Below the pieces are notes generated by a model that searched no databases, was not told the DNA's origin, and saw only the letters and a list, made by a program, of their open reading frames with translations. 64,000 nt of DNA from the NCBI GenBank assembly GCA_038087875.1, contig CM075988.1:19470001-19534000 (forward strand), in the 5' to 3' direction. Origin of the DNA: Malacoraja senta. Its lineage: Eukaryota. A program made the position numbers and the translations under genes. Of the stretch, positions 1-14,429 are shown one piece after another (the first letter of the stretch is position 1; each line of letters opens with the position of its first letter).

Positions 1-870
1 TGACTGTCCTCTCATGGAGGACGCCTGTGCGTGACTTTGTTTAACGTGGGGAGACTGGTGCACAGATGAAAGAGTTAGTTATTAATTGATTGTTCTCATA
101 TTTAAGCCTTCCTGTTGTAAAAGGCCAATTGTAATGCATGATGGGATTTGGAGAACTCCTATCATGCCAGGTTTTTTTCTTTTAAGTTGAAAAGTTCACA
201 GCTCTCTTGCAAGTTTTTTTAGGTAAGTTGAAGAGGTTAATCAGATAAGAAGGGGCCCAGAGGATGCCATTTGGGATGACTGGCTTTTGGCAAAGAGTGA
301 AAAACAACTCCATATTTGGAGGTGGATGATGGTTTTTGTACATTACATCGTGCAATTGGTTTTATATCTGTACGTATATAAACTCTGGAGATTCTGTACG
401 TATATTTTATATCTGTACGTATATAAACTGCTGGAGATTCAGACGTGAAACTGTTGCCTCTGGGTCTCTAGGTCTGCACCCGTCAGACGTTAAATTAAAG
501 CTTTGTATGGTCTAAAGAATTTGTACTTTGTCTATCTTTCTAAGTGAACTTTTTCACAGACAGCCACCCCATCTGTCCTTGACAGATCTGGGTCAGGATC
601 CAGTGGCATGGAGTCCAAGGCAACCAGAGACCCTTTTCTGCTGCAGCCTTCATCCGCCTTCCCAGCCGTTGTGACACTCCACTAAAGTCAGCCATCATCC
701 TCTGCCTGTTCCACCGTTGAGGTCTTGGTTGGATTGCTCTTTCTCAGAGACCTCCCCCTCGACCTTACCACCATGGATGGCCCGACCAGGAGCAAAGCTC
801 CAGACGGCATCGCTCTCAGGATCTCAGGACCACACAAGCTTCTCCACCACGACAAGGTGACAATCCACGT
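1..870 (-). mobile_element. RTE-clade LINE 5' region fragment, interrupted by a solo LTR at 67-556
   Basis: Minus strand reads CTTGTCGTGGTGGAGAAGCTTG...GCGATGCCG...GGTAAGGTC, resembling RTE/BovB-type 5' UTRs (recalled). Sequence is continuous across the 67-556 insertion. Confidence 0.6.
67..556 (+). mobile_element. Solo LTR (ERV1- or Gypsy-like), 490 bp
   Basis: Starts TGAAAGAGTT, ends AACTTTTTCA (9/10 inverted match, TG...CA). 4-bp TSD CAGA at 63-66 and 557-560. TATA-like GTATATAAA twice (~374, ~419) and ATTAAA at ~494. Confidence 0.8.
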
Positions 871-2567
871 GGGAGAAATCGAGGCTCGATTGTAATCATG
901 TATTGTCTTTCCGCCGACCTGGTTAGCACGCAACAGAAGCCTTTCACTGTACCTCGATGTGTTAGGAGACGGCACATGAGTGAGTTTCTCCACTTGAACA
1001 CACATTTTGGCACAGTCAGGAGGAGAGCAGTTATTGATCTGCAGCCGAAGAAGCAATCAATTCTCATTCGATTGAATTATACCCAACGCCCACCAACAAC
1101 GTTATAAAAACCAAGAACAACGAGATGAGCCGTGCAAACAAACGGCATGGGAATATGGAGCCTGGCACCAGCCATCCATTACTGCAAACTAATTGTTGCA
1201 TAATATGATTACATTCACAAGAAGTCAGGACTGCCACTTTATCCGCGGTTTAACAGTCCTTTATACGGAACTATAATGGAGTGGTTAAGGTTACTGTAAT
1301 CAGTTAATGCACTTAGCTGTCATAAACTGCCACAACATATTGCTAACAGCATTCATTTTGTATAAGCCAAGTGAGCACACACTGCTTACAATGGTTGCTG
1401 TTAACTGATTCAAGGTTTGCTGGAGGTTCAAAGCGGTGTTTGTTGAAATGTTACTCATCATTCATTGAAAAAAAAAACAGACGCTTTAATTACTCCTTGG
1501 ATTCAGACTAATAGAATTTCCATGGCTGTTGTACAAGTCTAATTTGTGTTGCAACCAATTATCTAATTACGCTGCTTGCAAATAGAATGGTTGCTCTGAG
1601 ACAAAAGGAACTGCAGGCACTGGAGTCTAAAGAAAAATACAAAGTGCTGGAGGAACTCAGCACGTCAGGCAGCATCTATGGAGAGAATGGACAGACAATG
1701 TTTCAGGTCGGGACCCTTCATCGGACACAAAATGTTGCTAGTTTTAACAATAAGCACATTTAAAAGATTTTCGGACAGGTACATGGACAGGAAAGGTTTT
1801 AAAGGAAAGGGGGGCAAATTATTATTTATACAGTATATTATATATTATATAAATTATCATTTATTATTGTCACGTGTACCGACATACAGTGAAAACCTTT
1901 TTTTTGTTGCGTGCTATCCAGTCAGCGAAAAGACTATAGTTCATTAAAATCACGCCATCCACAGTGTACAGATACAGGATGAAGGGAATGATTAGTGCAA
2001 GATAAAGTCCAGTAAGGTCCGATTGAGGATAGTCCAAAGGACTGTAACGAGGTAGAGGGTAGGTCAGGAGAGCGGCAAATGAGACTAGTTTAGATGGTGC
2101 ATCTGGGTCTGCATGGATGAGTTGGACTGAAGGGCCTGTTTCCATGCTGTCTGGCACCATGCATGGCAAGACAAATTTCACTACACCAATTGGTGTATGT
2201 GATAATAAATGTCCTTTGTCCTTTGTCCTTTGTCTCATCACTCTAGTTTCAGCGTGAAAGTCTCCCGTCAACCATCAGTATTTCAAACGAGCTCTTGGAT
2301 CTGCCCGTCTGTAGTAGACCCAACACTACTGGTAGAGCAGTGAGCACTAACGTGGCAAGGAAGGATGCTAGTTGGGCAGGTGGGGAGGCTCCAGGTGTGG
2401 TTGAACCAGCGGATATCTCAGATCCCTTCCACAGCATACCTGCAGCTCACGTCCAGTATCTTGAGAACAAGCTTGAGGAGCCTTGAGCAGTGCCGCTGTT
2501 TCAAAGGGAGATCGGCAACTGTTGGGTTCTTTGTTTCACTGAGAGACAGCTCACACCTGACTCACCA

Positions 2568-2874
2568 GCACGGAGGCACGCTGGTAGAGTTGCTGCTTAA
2601 CAGCATCAGAGACCCGAGTTCGATCCTGACTGCGGGTGCTGTCTGCACGGAGTTTGTACGTTCTCACCGTGACCTGCGTGGGTTTTCTCCAGGTGCTCCG
2701 GTTTCCTCCCACACTCCTGAAGACGTACAGGCTTGTACGCTAATTGACTTGGTAAAATTGTAAATTGTCCCTAGTGTGCGCAGGATAGTGTTAGTGTGTG
2801 GGGATCACTGGTCGACACAAACTCATTGGGCTGCAGAGCCTGTTTCCACGAGGTATCTCCAAACATAACTAAAA
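2568..2874 (+). mobile_element. HE1-like tRNA-derived V-SINE
   Basis: B-box GAGTTCGATCC, V-domain GGTTTCCTCCCACA, CR1-like tail GCCTGTTTCCAC. Confidence 0.85.
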
Positions 2875-3164
2875 ACGGAACTGCTCCTGCTATACAACCT
2901 GTGGGCTTCTTCACTTATCCATGGACCCTACAGAATCAACAACAATGATAAGATGAAATAGTGGAGAGAAATTAAGAACCTTATGTCAGGGAGCTGGTTC
3001 AATGATTCATAATTATCATATGTACCGAGGTACAGTGAAATTCTTTTTTTTGCATACAGATTAAGTACAAAGTATATAGAAATAGTCAGGTGAGACTATT
3101 CTCAGGTTTTTCCGCCACTTTGGGTTGGTTTAGTTTGGAGTTACAACATCAAAATTGCATCAGC

Positions 3165-3790
3165 AAAGTTTTCTTTCTTGAGCAGTGAAGAATATTCGGC
3201 GTGTACACAAGGATTCTCTCAAATATCTACAGACGTGCTGCAGGAGGTATTCTGATGGGACATATCTCAGTCAGGTATGGAAACCGCTCTGCTCTAGACC
3301 ACCTGAACCTGCAGAGAGTGGTGAACACAGCCCAGTCCATCACAGGCTCCTCACCTCCTTCCATCAGTCCATCTTCACGGAGCATTGCATCAGGAATCAT
3401 ACAAGTATCTTCAAGGGTGCCCGTCACCCTGGATATTCCCTTTTCACTCTTCTACACTCAGGGAGAAGGTACAGGAGCTTGGAAGCTCAGATGTCTAGAC
3501 TTAAGGACAGCTTTTCATCTCCCAAACCAGTCTCCTCTGTGCACAATCTTCCCGGAGATGCAGTCACGCAGTCGTACTCTTAACTCAACTTTGTTCAGTT
3601 CCTGTAGCTTAAATTTTTTTGCACTATGGAAAAATAGTTGTGCAACAATCACGCACCATTCTGCTGTTTTGCACTAATTGCGGTGTTCATTGTTGTATTT
3701 ACCATTATCATATGTATACTGTTTACTCTGTGAGCTTCATGTGAACAGGGAATTGATTGCATCCTGATGAACGCGACCATCGACCAATGA
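3165..3790 (+). mobile_element. Rex1/Babar-like LINE 3' fragment
   Basis: Degenerate C-terminal peptide (LQRVVNTAQSITG; HPGYSLFTLLHSGRRYRSL..SRLKDSF) shared with other copies in the window. Confidence 0.7.
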
Positions 3791-3956
3791 ATAGGTAATG
3801 GTTCCAAGCCAAACTCACTCCTGCAATAACAAGGAACTTCAGGTGCTGCCTTATACCAAAGATAGACACAAATTTTGGAGTAACTCAGTGGACTAGGCAG
3901 CATCACCGGAAAACGTGGATAGATGACGATATATCACCGATCCATGTTCTCCAAGG

Positions 3957-4897
<941 letters not shown>

Positions 4898-5668
4898 CTC
4901 CAAGGATGTCATCTGACCCGCAGAGTCATTCCAAACCCCAAACATCCATTCCATCTTTCTAGCTGCACATAAGCCAATATATTGCAACTTGTAGGCAATT
5001 GTTAACATTTTTGTGAGAAACTATTGATACTTGTCCAATAATTGTCGCTAATTGGCATTTGTTAAATATCTTTAATTGTTTTTTGAGTGTTTCGGTATTT
5101 TAAGTTTTCTTATTATTTCTTTAGGTGTTTAATATATGTTTAATATAATTTCATTGATTTTTAATAGACACCCAACCATTTTCAAAGACAGCTGTCAAAG
5201 CCTGCAGGTGTGAATTAACTGGCTATTTAAGGCTCTCCTGTAGCTGCCTCACCTTGAATACCATTATTAATCAGTTGATCAATTAGCTTTTTCCTTAAAT
5301 AGAAAATTATATAATTGGCATGTTATTAATTGCTTTTGCTGGCAGTCAATTCCTTATATGCTTCCATCCATGGGGAGAAGTGGTGTTAATTTGCAGATTT
5401 TACTGAAGGCTTGTTAATTTTATGCTTACTTCATTTGGTTTTGGGGGTCAAGATGGGAGTTAAATACTGTGGATTATTTATGATCTATTTTGCCTCCCTT
5501 AGGCTTTGGCAGAGATTTTACATGACACAGTTCCATTATTCCAGGTTTAAGAATTATACGCCACATCTTCCAGAAGAGAGTGCAAAAGCCAGCATGGACC
5601 AGAAACCATGATCATCAGGCTGAAACAACGAGGTTATTCCAACCGCCACTCGTGAAACCAGGAAACCA

Positions 5669-5974
5669 GGGGCGGCACGGTGACGCAGCGGTAGAGTTGC
5701 AGCCCTACAGCGCCAGGGACCAAGGTTCGATCCTGACTACGGGTGCTGAATATACAGAATTTGTACCCATTGTCCCCATAACCGCGTGGGTTTTCTCCAG
5801 GTGCTCCGGTTTCCTCATACACACTAAAGACATACAGGTTTGTAGGCAAATTGTCTTCGGTAAAATTGTAAATTGTCCCTAGTGTCAGTGTACAGGGAGA
5901 GCGCTGGTCGGCGCGGACTCGGTGGGCCGAATGACTTGTTTCCGCGCTGTATCTCTAAAGTCTGAAGTCTGAAG
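5669..5974 (+). mobile_element. HE1-like SINE, full length
   Basis: GGGCGGCACGGTGACGCAGCGGTAGAG head, B-box GGTTCGATCC, V-domain, tail TTTCCGCGCTGTATCTCTAAAG. Confidence 0.9.
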
Positions 5975-7319
5975 ACAACTCATAAACAGGGACAACTCAT
6001 GAACTGGGACAACTCATAGATTAAGGCAACTCATGAAGCAGAGGAACGATAATAACTTTAAAAATATATTAACTTAAAAAATATAGGTACCTGGGTAGGA
6101 AAGGTTTAGAGGGGTATGGGACAAACGAGGGCAAATGGGACTAGCTTAGATGGGGCTTCCTGGTCGGCATGGACAAGTTGGGCTGATGGGAGTGTATCTC
6201 TGCTGTAGGACTTAAATGTCTTCCGAAGTGACCACTCAGCCACTCAGTTCATTGATGCACAATAACACTGCCCTCAACAGTGATGCCCAGACCCTGGTAA
6301 AACAATTAAAGATTCTACTCGCACACAGAGTTCTACACATGTGGCTAAGCACTCCAACACACACATTAATTTGATGCACCGGACTGCAGTACCATCAACA
6401 AAATCACTGCAGTTACTACTCAAGTACTCCCAAACAGTGACCTATCACCAGTCAGTAGGGAAGCACAGGCTGATTGGGGAACACGACGGCTTGTTAGTAC
6501 CCCTCCATCCCATTTTTGATATATATATATATATCATTGGTCACAGAGAGTCATATAGAGTCATCCAGCATGGAAACAGGCCCTTTGGCACGTTGCCCAT
6601 GCTGACCAACATGCCCTGTGTGGTCCTTCAATGTTGTTCGGGTTGGACCCGAGAGTCCCAAACCCCACAGCTGTACCTTGACCAGCAGGGCAGCAGTGGT
6701 TAAGAGTGGGGAACAGTTAGGGGTGAGGAGGTGGGGTGGCCTTATCGGTGATGCTCTATCTCACAAAGGATTAAAGAGAAGATAGACACAAAATGCTAGA
6801 GTAACTCAGCGGGCCAGGCAGCATATCTGGAGAAAAGGAATAGGTGATGTTTCGGGTCAGGACCCTTCTTCAGACACAGGATTAAAGAGGATTGTGATGG
6901 ATGGCACGGAAGCTTCAGAGATAGTTTATTTCTTGGTTACAAAACCTTCAAAGCGGCTGTTTTAGCTTAAAAAATGTACTTAAACAGGGAATTCATGCAT
7001 GCCACTGAATATTCAATAACAAACATGCATTCAGACAGCAACACATTCGTTTTCAACTTGAACTGCTTAACCTTGAAGTTGGTAGTGCTACAAACTGTTG
7101 CTAGGCAATATTGCCACACATCGCATATGCAAGTAATAATCCCTTTGAATATTTCTGCGTCTCTCTCTCTCTCTCTCCCATCAGAGGGAAGCCGCTATTA
7201 CATCCTCAGTGATGCAGCTTTGCAGAATTTAACCTGGAAGATGTTGCTTCTTAATAGGTTGATGTTGGTTCTGTTTTGAAATCCTTCCTTTAGATTAACA
7301 GTACAACCTGTTCAATTAC

Positions 7320-7975
7320 TGGTGTTTGTATTGGTTTATTATTGTAACGTGTAGCGTGATACAGTGAAAGGCATTGTTTGTGTGCTATCCAGTCAAATCA
7401 CACACTGCATGAGTGCAATCAAGCCTTACACAAGTACAACAGGTAGTGCAAAAAGATAAATAAATGTAGTGCAGAACATAGTGTCACAGCGTAGAGTGTT
7501 ACAGTTACAAAGAAAGCGCAGGTAATTAAAAAATGCATACGCCGCAATGAGGTAGATTGGAAGCTGGAGATTTCATCCTTAGCATACGAGAGGTCCATTC
7601 AAGAGTCTGATAACAGCTGGGAAGAAGCAGTTTTTGAATCTTGTGGTACGTTCTTTTATATTTTTTGCCTGACAGGAAAGGGCAGAGGCAGGGATGATTG
7701 GAGCGTGAGTGTTCATTGATTATGTTGGCTGCTTTCCCGAGGCAGCGTGTAATGTAGATGGATTCAAGGTGGGGAGATGGGAGTGTGGTGGGGGAGACTA
7801 GTTTATTTCATGGACTGGGGATGTGTTCACAACCATTTCTTGCGGCCTTGGGCAAAGCAGTTGCCTTACCAAGCTGTGATGCATTGGACAGGATGCTTTC
7901 TGTGGTGCATCTGCAGTTATTAATAAGAGTGATGGGAGATATGCTGAATCTTCTTTGCCTTCTGAAGACGTCGTA
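7320..7975 (-). mobile_element. Rex1/Babar-like LINE 3' fragment
   Basis: Reverse complement matches the plus-strand copies (GCTGCTTTCCCGAGGCAGCG, GGATGCTTTCTGTGGTGCATCTG). Confidence 0.7.
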
Positions 7976-8004
7976 GAGAGAGAGAGAGAGTCAAGAGAGT
8001 GTTT

Positions 8005-8695
8005 AGCATAGAACATAGAAGAGTACAACACAGGAACGGGCCCTTCGACCCATAATGTTTGTGCCAAGCATGAGGCCTAGCTGAACTGTTCTTATCTGCC
8101 TGCAAATTATGGATATTCCTTCATTCCCTGCCAATCCATGTGCCTACCTAAAAGCTTCTTAAAGTGAACTATTGTATTCACTTCCATGACCATTTCTGGT
8201 GATGCGTTGTAAATGGAGTTAGAACAGAATTTGACCACACAGTTGAGAGTATAGTAAGGGCTGAGAATGCATCCTTGCAGGGCACCGGTGTTGAGAATTA
8301 TTGTGGTGGAGATATTCTCACCTATCCTAACTGATTGTGGTCTACGGGTCAGAAAGTCAAAAATCCAGTTGCAGAGTGGGGTGCTGAATCCCAGGTCCAG
8401 GGGTTTAGAGCTGAGTTTGGTTGGAATTATGGTCATGGTCATACAGCACGGAGCATGCTATTCGGCCCAACTTGCCCATGCAAACTAAGACGCCGTGTCT
8501 AAGCTACTCCCACCACCGCATTTTGCCAAATACCCCTCTAAACCTTTCCTATCCATGCACGAATGCAGCTGTCTTTTAGATGTTGCATTAGTACCTGCCT
8601 CAACTACCTCCTCTGGAAGCTCGTTCCATATACCCACCACCCTCTGTATGAAAAGGTTGCCCCTCAAGTTCCTATTAAATCTCTCCCCGCTCAAC
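8005..8695 (-). mobile_element. Cluster of CR1 3' fragments with an intervening Rex1/Babar-like RT fragment (~8210-8430)
   Basis: Peptides RVVGIWNELPEEVVEA (CR1) and [19 protein letters not shown]...[10 protein letters not shown] (RT). Confidence 0.7.
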
Positions 8696-8961
8696 TGAAG
8701 GCAGAGCTCCAGTCAATAAATAGTTTACATTGGTGTCCATGTAATCCAGATATTCCAGGGATAAGTGTAGGGCCAGGGAGATGGTGTCTGCTGTGGACCT
8801 AAGAATGACTCTTAAGAATGGTGTACAGTTTTAGAGCTAAGAGAGTAATATAATATAATTTGCATTTATTCCACACATTTACAGCTAAAATAGGAAAAGA
8901 GGAGAGCGTAAAAGATGGAGAGAGAGAAAGAGAGAGGGTGGGGAGAAAGAGAGAGAGAGAG

Positions 8962-9058
8962 GGTAGACAAAAATGCTGGAGAAACTCAGCGAGTGAGGCA
9001 GCATCTATGGAGTGAAGGAATAGGTGACGTTTCGGGTCGAGACCCTTCTTCAGACTGA
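8962..9058 (-). mobile_element. Penelope pLTR derivative with hammerhead-like core
   Basis: Minus strand CTGAAGA-A-GGGT-CTCG-ACCC-GAAACGTC; sequence matches the 3' end of the Penelope element at 39912-40725. Confidence 0.75.
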
Positions 9059-9099
9059 TCTGAGGGAGAGGGAGTGTATTGGAGTATTGTGTACAGATC

Positions 9100-10100
9100 T
9101 GGTCATAACACAAGGATATGGTGCCAATATAGAGTGTGTGTAGAGAGGTTCACCAGTGTGGAAGAAAATGTGGATGAGGTAAGTTTATTCTCACTGGAGC
9201 ATCGGAGGCTGAGGAGTGATTACCTTATAATCAAAGTATTTTTCCTAAGGCGGGGGAATCTAGAGCTAGAGGGCACAAGTTTATGGTAAGGGAAGACATT
9301 TAGAGGAGATCTGAGGGATAAGTTTTTCATGTAAAGGGTAGTGCCAGAGGAGGTGGTGGTTGTAGGTACAATTACAATGTTAAAAAGACATTGGGACAGA
9401 TATGTGGATAGGAAAGGCATAGAAGGATATAGGTCAAAGTCATTTCTGTGCTGTACAATTCTATGATCTTTGAGAGAAATTGAGATTGAAATTTGCAGGT
9501 TGTACAAGTATTAGACTCATAGAACTTGCACCGAATTTCGACCAGTAAAATCCATCATGGTTTATTAGATTGGAAGGTATTAGCTATATTGAGAGATTGG
9601 GCAAATTTATATTATTTTCTTTGAAGAGTTGAATAACTGAGGGGAGACGATGGAAGTAGATACAATTATGAGAGGCACAGATAGGGTGGACAGTCAAAAT
9701 GTTTTTCCCAAACACTAGAGGGCACAGCTTTCAAGTCAGAAGAGAAAAGTTTAATGGAGATGTGTTTTAATGGGCACGTTTTTTTACGCGTGCCTGGATG
9801 CCTGGAGGGGTGGTGGTGGAGGCATATGGAGTAAAGGCATTGAAGAGGCTTTTAGATGCACATGAATATGCAGGGAATTGGATAGATATGGATCACATGC
9901 AGGCAGAAGAGATTGGTTTAAGAAGGGTTTCGGCCCGAAACGTTACCTATTTCCTTCGCTCCATAGATGCTGCTGCACCCGCTGAGTTTCTCCAGCATTT
10001 TTGTGTACCTTTGGTTTAACTTGGCATCATGTTCAGCACAGACATTGTGAAATGATGGGTCTGTTCTTGTGCTGTACTGTTCTATGTTCCATGTTCCATA
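9100..10100 (+). mobile_element. Two degraded CR1 3' fragments; the second is interrupted by a Penelope pLTR insertion (9922-10010)
   Basis: CR1 3' motifs and tail TTCTATGTTC. The insertion is flanked by duplicated TTGGTTTAA at 9913-9921 and 10011-10019. Confidence 0.75.
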
Positions 10101-11799
10101 CAACACGTATCAGTAAATATTGCTCATCTTGGGCTTCCACCAAGGTTCACGGTTTCCCCCAGAGCGGGAATGTTTAGAAAAAAAATAGGAATCACTTTAA
10201 ATGTACTTGATGTGTCCAATCAGTTTGAACGTGACTGACCATAGAAGGAATATTTTCTCATCGGGAATGCCAACAGGTCCTTGGGCTCTGAGCAGCATTT
10301 CCACCTTCAACTACCAGGAATGTCAGAGTTCCACAAAGGTGGGCACAGATACTGAGGCTCTGAAATTTCTCAACGCTAATTGCCAGCGGTCTCCTGGCTG
10401 ATGCCTATCATTGGATTCCCGCGGTTACACTGGGAACTCTGCCGACAGAATCTGTGCCAAACTTCAGGCTGCTTTAATGACCACATCCGCTTCAACGGAG
10501 AGGAGTAGTCATGAGGGAGCAATGTAACATTCTTTTAATTCATTTTTTTTTCAATTAATTGAGTTGGAGACTGTATTTAATTATTTTCATGAGTTTCAAT
10601 TTTGCAAAAATATTTAATTCTAAATATTTGCAAATAACATAATTTAAAATAAATATTCTTCTTAGATTATTGAAAGCTTATCAATGCCAGAGAAAATATA
10701 TTTCACCGGTGTGTGTGTTTTGTTGCAGGTTTGTGTTCATAATATCTAGTCTTTCATGTTAAACACATAAATCGTCCAGTTCCACTGACGCAACCAAATC
10801 CCAATGTTAGAAGCTAGTATCACGAACAGCTGCTACTTTATCAATGCAAACGACAGATTATCCATTTCTGACACAGGACATTTTCAGAGGCTGCTTTTGA
10901 TGTACGTTCGAGGCATTAATTGTGGCTGTAAAGACAGAATGTAGCATTGGACGGTGCCAAATTGTTCCCCGATTTGGCTTGGGAACCAAACTTCCAATCA
11001 GTCTCACAGTAAATGCCTTGATTTAATCTTAGCACTGCATGATCTGCCACAAATTTCAAAAGAAACAACAGCATCGGTTTATTTTGTGTGAATTCTCAAT
11101 TAACTTACTTCATGAGGGACCTGTGAAGTGATTACTAAACCGTTTGTTAGCAGACGCATTGGAAAATGGCAGAGGCTTTGCGCAATTATTTGCCTTTTCA
11201 TTCTGTAAACGCTGTTTCACTGAGACGCAGAACCACCAAACGTGTCTGAAGTTGACAGCCCTTCTTGTAATGATATATTTTTCAACGGCCGGGATCTATG
11301 CTTTTCCTAAGGGAAACATAGGTCTTCCTGCTGTGCGGCACTGATATCCTCATTTTATTTTCAGGATCTGACACCAAGTTGTAGCCAAAACAACCCACTG
11401 ATTGACAACCACTGCTTTTGATTCAATACGTTGCATCCACTTGATATGTTGCATCTAGCGTGAATGTTGAATTCTCCAATTTCAAGTAAACCTTCCCACT
11501 CCAGCGTGTACTCATTTCATCCACCATCCTCTACACCTCCCCCCCCTGAGACACCTTGGCCCTTCTCCATCCTTTGTATGCTTCTCTCCCATCCCCAAGA
11601 TCTCCATAGCCCGTTTTCCCTCAATAGACAATAGACAATAGACAATAGGTGCAGGAGTAGGCCATTCGATCCTTCGAGCCAGCATCGGCATTCAATGTGA
11701 TCATGGCTGATCATCCCCAATCAGCACCCCGTTCCTGCCTTCTCCCCATATCCCCTCAATATTCCCCTCCCTTCTTGCCCCCTTCCACCCCATGGTGTC

Positions 11800-12390
11800 A
11801 AGTACTCCCTCAATGAAGGAAATGATCATCAACTTCAGGTAGTGGGGTGGAGGACACCCTAGTCTACATGCACGGTGCTGAAGCAGACATAGTCAAGAGC
11901 TATAAGTTCCTTCGTGTAAATATCACCAATAATTTGTCCTGGTCCATTCACATTGACTCTATGACCAAGACAGTACACCAATGCCTCTACTTCCTTGGTA
12001 GTCTAAGGAAATCCGTCACATCTCAATTGACTCTTACCTAATATATCTATAGATACACCACAAAAAGCATCCTAACGAGATATATCACAGTTTGGTAAGG
12101 CAACTGCCCAGGATAGCAAGAGTTGAGGATACAGCCAGTATGTCATGCCAACCATCCTCCTCATTAACTCAGGAAAGCAGCCAATGTAATCAAGGTCACT
12201 CCCTCTTCTCCCCTCTCCCAAAAGCTTGAAAAACATGTACCACTAGATTCAAGAACAGCTTCTTCCCAACTGTTATCAGACTCTTGAATGGACCTCGTAT
12301 GAACTAAAAGTGTACCCCTGATCTCCCAACTACTTTGTCATGTCCTTTTCGTTTTTTTATATCTCCAGTACCTCTGTAGTAGTAACACTC
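11800..12390 (+). mobile_element. Rex1/Babar-like LINE fragment
   Basis: Peptide VKSYKFLRVNITNNLSWSIH..KTVHQCLYFLGSLRK from the RT C-terminal region. Confidence 0.7.
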
Positions 12391-12829
12391 TACTCTCACA
12401 GTTAATTATACCTGGACAAAGTCATCCCAACTTGAATTGTACCCAGCTGAACGACAACTCGGGTCAACAGGCAAAAAAGATATGCATCTTGAAACAGACC
12501 CAGTTAAGAAAAAGTTGTTAAAACATTTAGAATTTTGGAACTAACAATCAGAAATTATTAAACAACAGAGATTGATTTGGAAGATTGGCTTTCTTTGCAA
12601 GAATTGTGTCAGCATTGAAATTATCCACTGCAATGATATTTTCAATTGGACAGGACCGAGCTCTGTAACTAAAGTTTAGACACAGAGAGTGACCAGACAT
12701 ACAATGAGATGGTGGCTCCATGCAATCTCAGTCAATGTACCTCACTGCTATTCTGTTTGATCTTCAGGGAGAAAAATGCAAAATAAAATTCTATGACATT
12801 TCAAATTGCAGCCAGCTTGTTACATAACT

Positions 12830-13093
12830 GACAGCACGGTGGCACAGCGGTAGAGTTGCTGCCTTACAGCGCCAGAGACCCAGGTTCGATCCTGACTATG
12901 GGTGCTTGTCTGGATGGAGTTTGTACCTTATGCCCGTGACCTGTGTGGGTCTTCTCTGGGATATCTGGTTTCCTCCCACACTCCAAAGACGTACAGGTTT
13001 GTAGGCTAATTGGCTTGGTATAATTGTACATTGTCCCCAGTGTGTGTGTAGTATTGTGTTACTGTGCGGGGATCGCTGGTCCGCGCGCACTCG
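12830..13093 (+). mobile_element. HE1-like SINE (3' truncated)
   Basis: tRNA head and V-domain present. Confidence 0.85.
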
Positions 13094-14429
13094 CTGAAAG
13101 CATTCATCATTAGACTCAAGAGAAGCTTTGTCCATTCTTTTATCAGGCTTCTGAACAGTCTTTCCATAAGCTAGGGTACAGTCCGATTCACCCCAAACTC
13201 ATTGCAGACATCTGGTACTGTAATGCCACAAGACTGAGAACTGTCTGAAGGAGGGTTCCGACCCGACCCGAAACGTCACCCATCCTTTTTCTCCGGAGAT
13301 ATTGCCTGACCCGCTGAATTACTCCAACACTTTGTGTCTCAACTAAAGGAGTGATGATATACAAATCTTTGGCATAACCGGCAAAGTCCATCAGGTGAGG
13401 CAGTGATTTGCCTTCCTCACTCAATCACCAACCCCTTCCTCGATTCTGATAAGATTCAGGTTTGGACTCTAAACGCCCGCCAAACCGTGCAAGGCCCAAG
13501 TCTTGTGAACGAATACAGCTTACAAAAATGTTTAAAACAGCCCCTGGCAACCCTCTCTGAAGCAGAGCTCATTATCACATTATTACAATATTTTAGCAGC
13601 ACGATTTACTCAAGAAATGTTAATCATGCTTGTATAAACATGTCTTGAGACTTTAAATCAAGTATTCTGCTGATTAATTAAAGGTTGACCAAAATCTCCC
13701 GCTACGTTCTGGAGACCTTGGATGAAGGTCCAAAAGACATTGCCCACCATGCTGATAACCTTCAAAGCAGGGATCTGAGTTATGGTGTATTTCTTTTTAA
13801 TTAGAATTTTCCTTATCCTAATCTATATGACATTTAACATTTAATTAATTCCATAAAAGTTTAATGAATGTTTGAAAATCATTATCTCACTCCTGTTGAC
13901 AGTCCTGGGTTTGGAACTAGTTATCCTCTTCGAGTTAGTATTACCAGTCCCTCTAATTGAGGGACACTGTGAGATCTATGACAGTGGGACATCTCTTATT
14001 CCTTGATATCTGGCTAAAAAAATGAAATGCACCAAAGCTGGATTAGACCACCCTCACCCCAGGGGTTAGCGACTGAAGCATCAAACAAACCACCGTCTCA
14101 GTTCACTTTGTGCAGAAAACACTGAGAAACAAGAGTTAAGAGTGTTTGCCATCTGTACCAGCAACAGAACAACAGAATTAACCGGCCCATAAACCCAATA
14201 AATCACAGATAAATGACTCCATCTACACTTCACACTGCCGCGGAAAAGCAGCCAACATAATTAAAGACTTGTGCCACCCTGGTCATTCCTTCCTCTCCCT
14301 GTTCCTGTCCAGCAAATGGTACAGAAGCCTGAAAGTGCACACCACCAGACTCAGGCTTCTTCCACTCCATTATCAGGCTTCTGAACCTTCCATAAGCTAT
14401 GGTATCGCCTGATTTTACCTGTCCAATGC

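Noticed and set aside
5669..5745. tRNA gene-like A/B boxes (also in other SINE heads)
   Set aside because: They continue into the V-domain and LINE-derived tail, so they are SINE heads and not tRNA genes.
10715..10790. Strong splice-acceptor-like TTTTGTTGCAG
   Set aside because: All three downstream frames hit stops within ~35 nt and no convincing donor is nearby.
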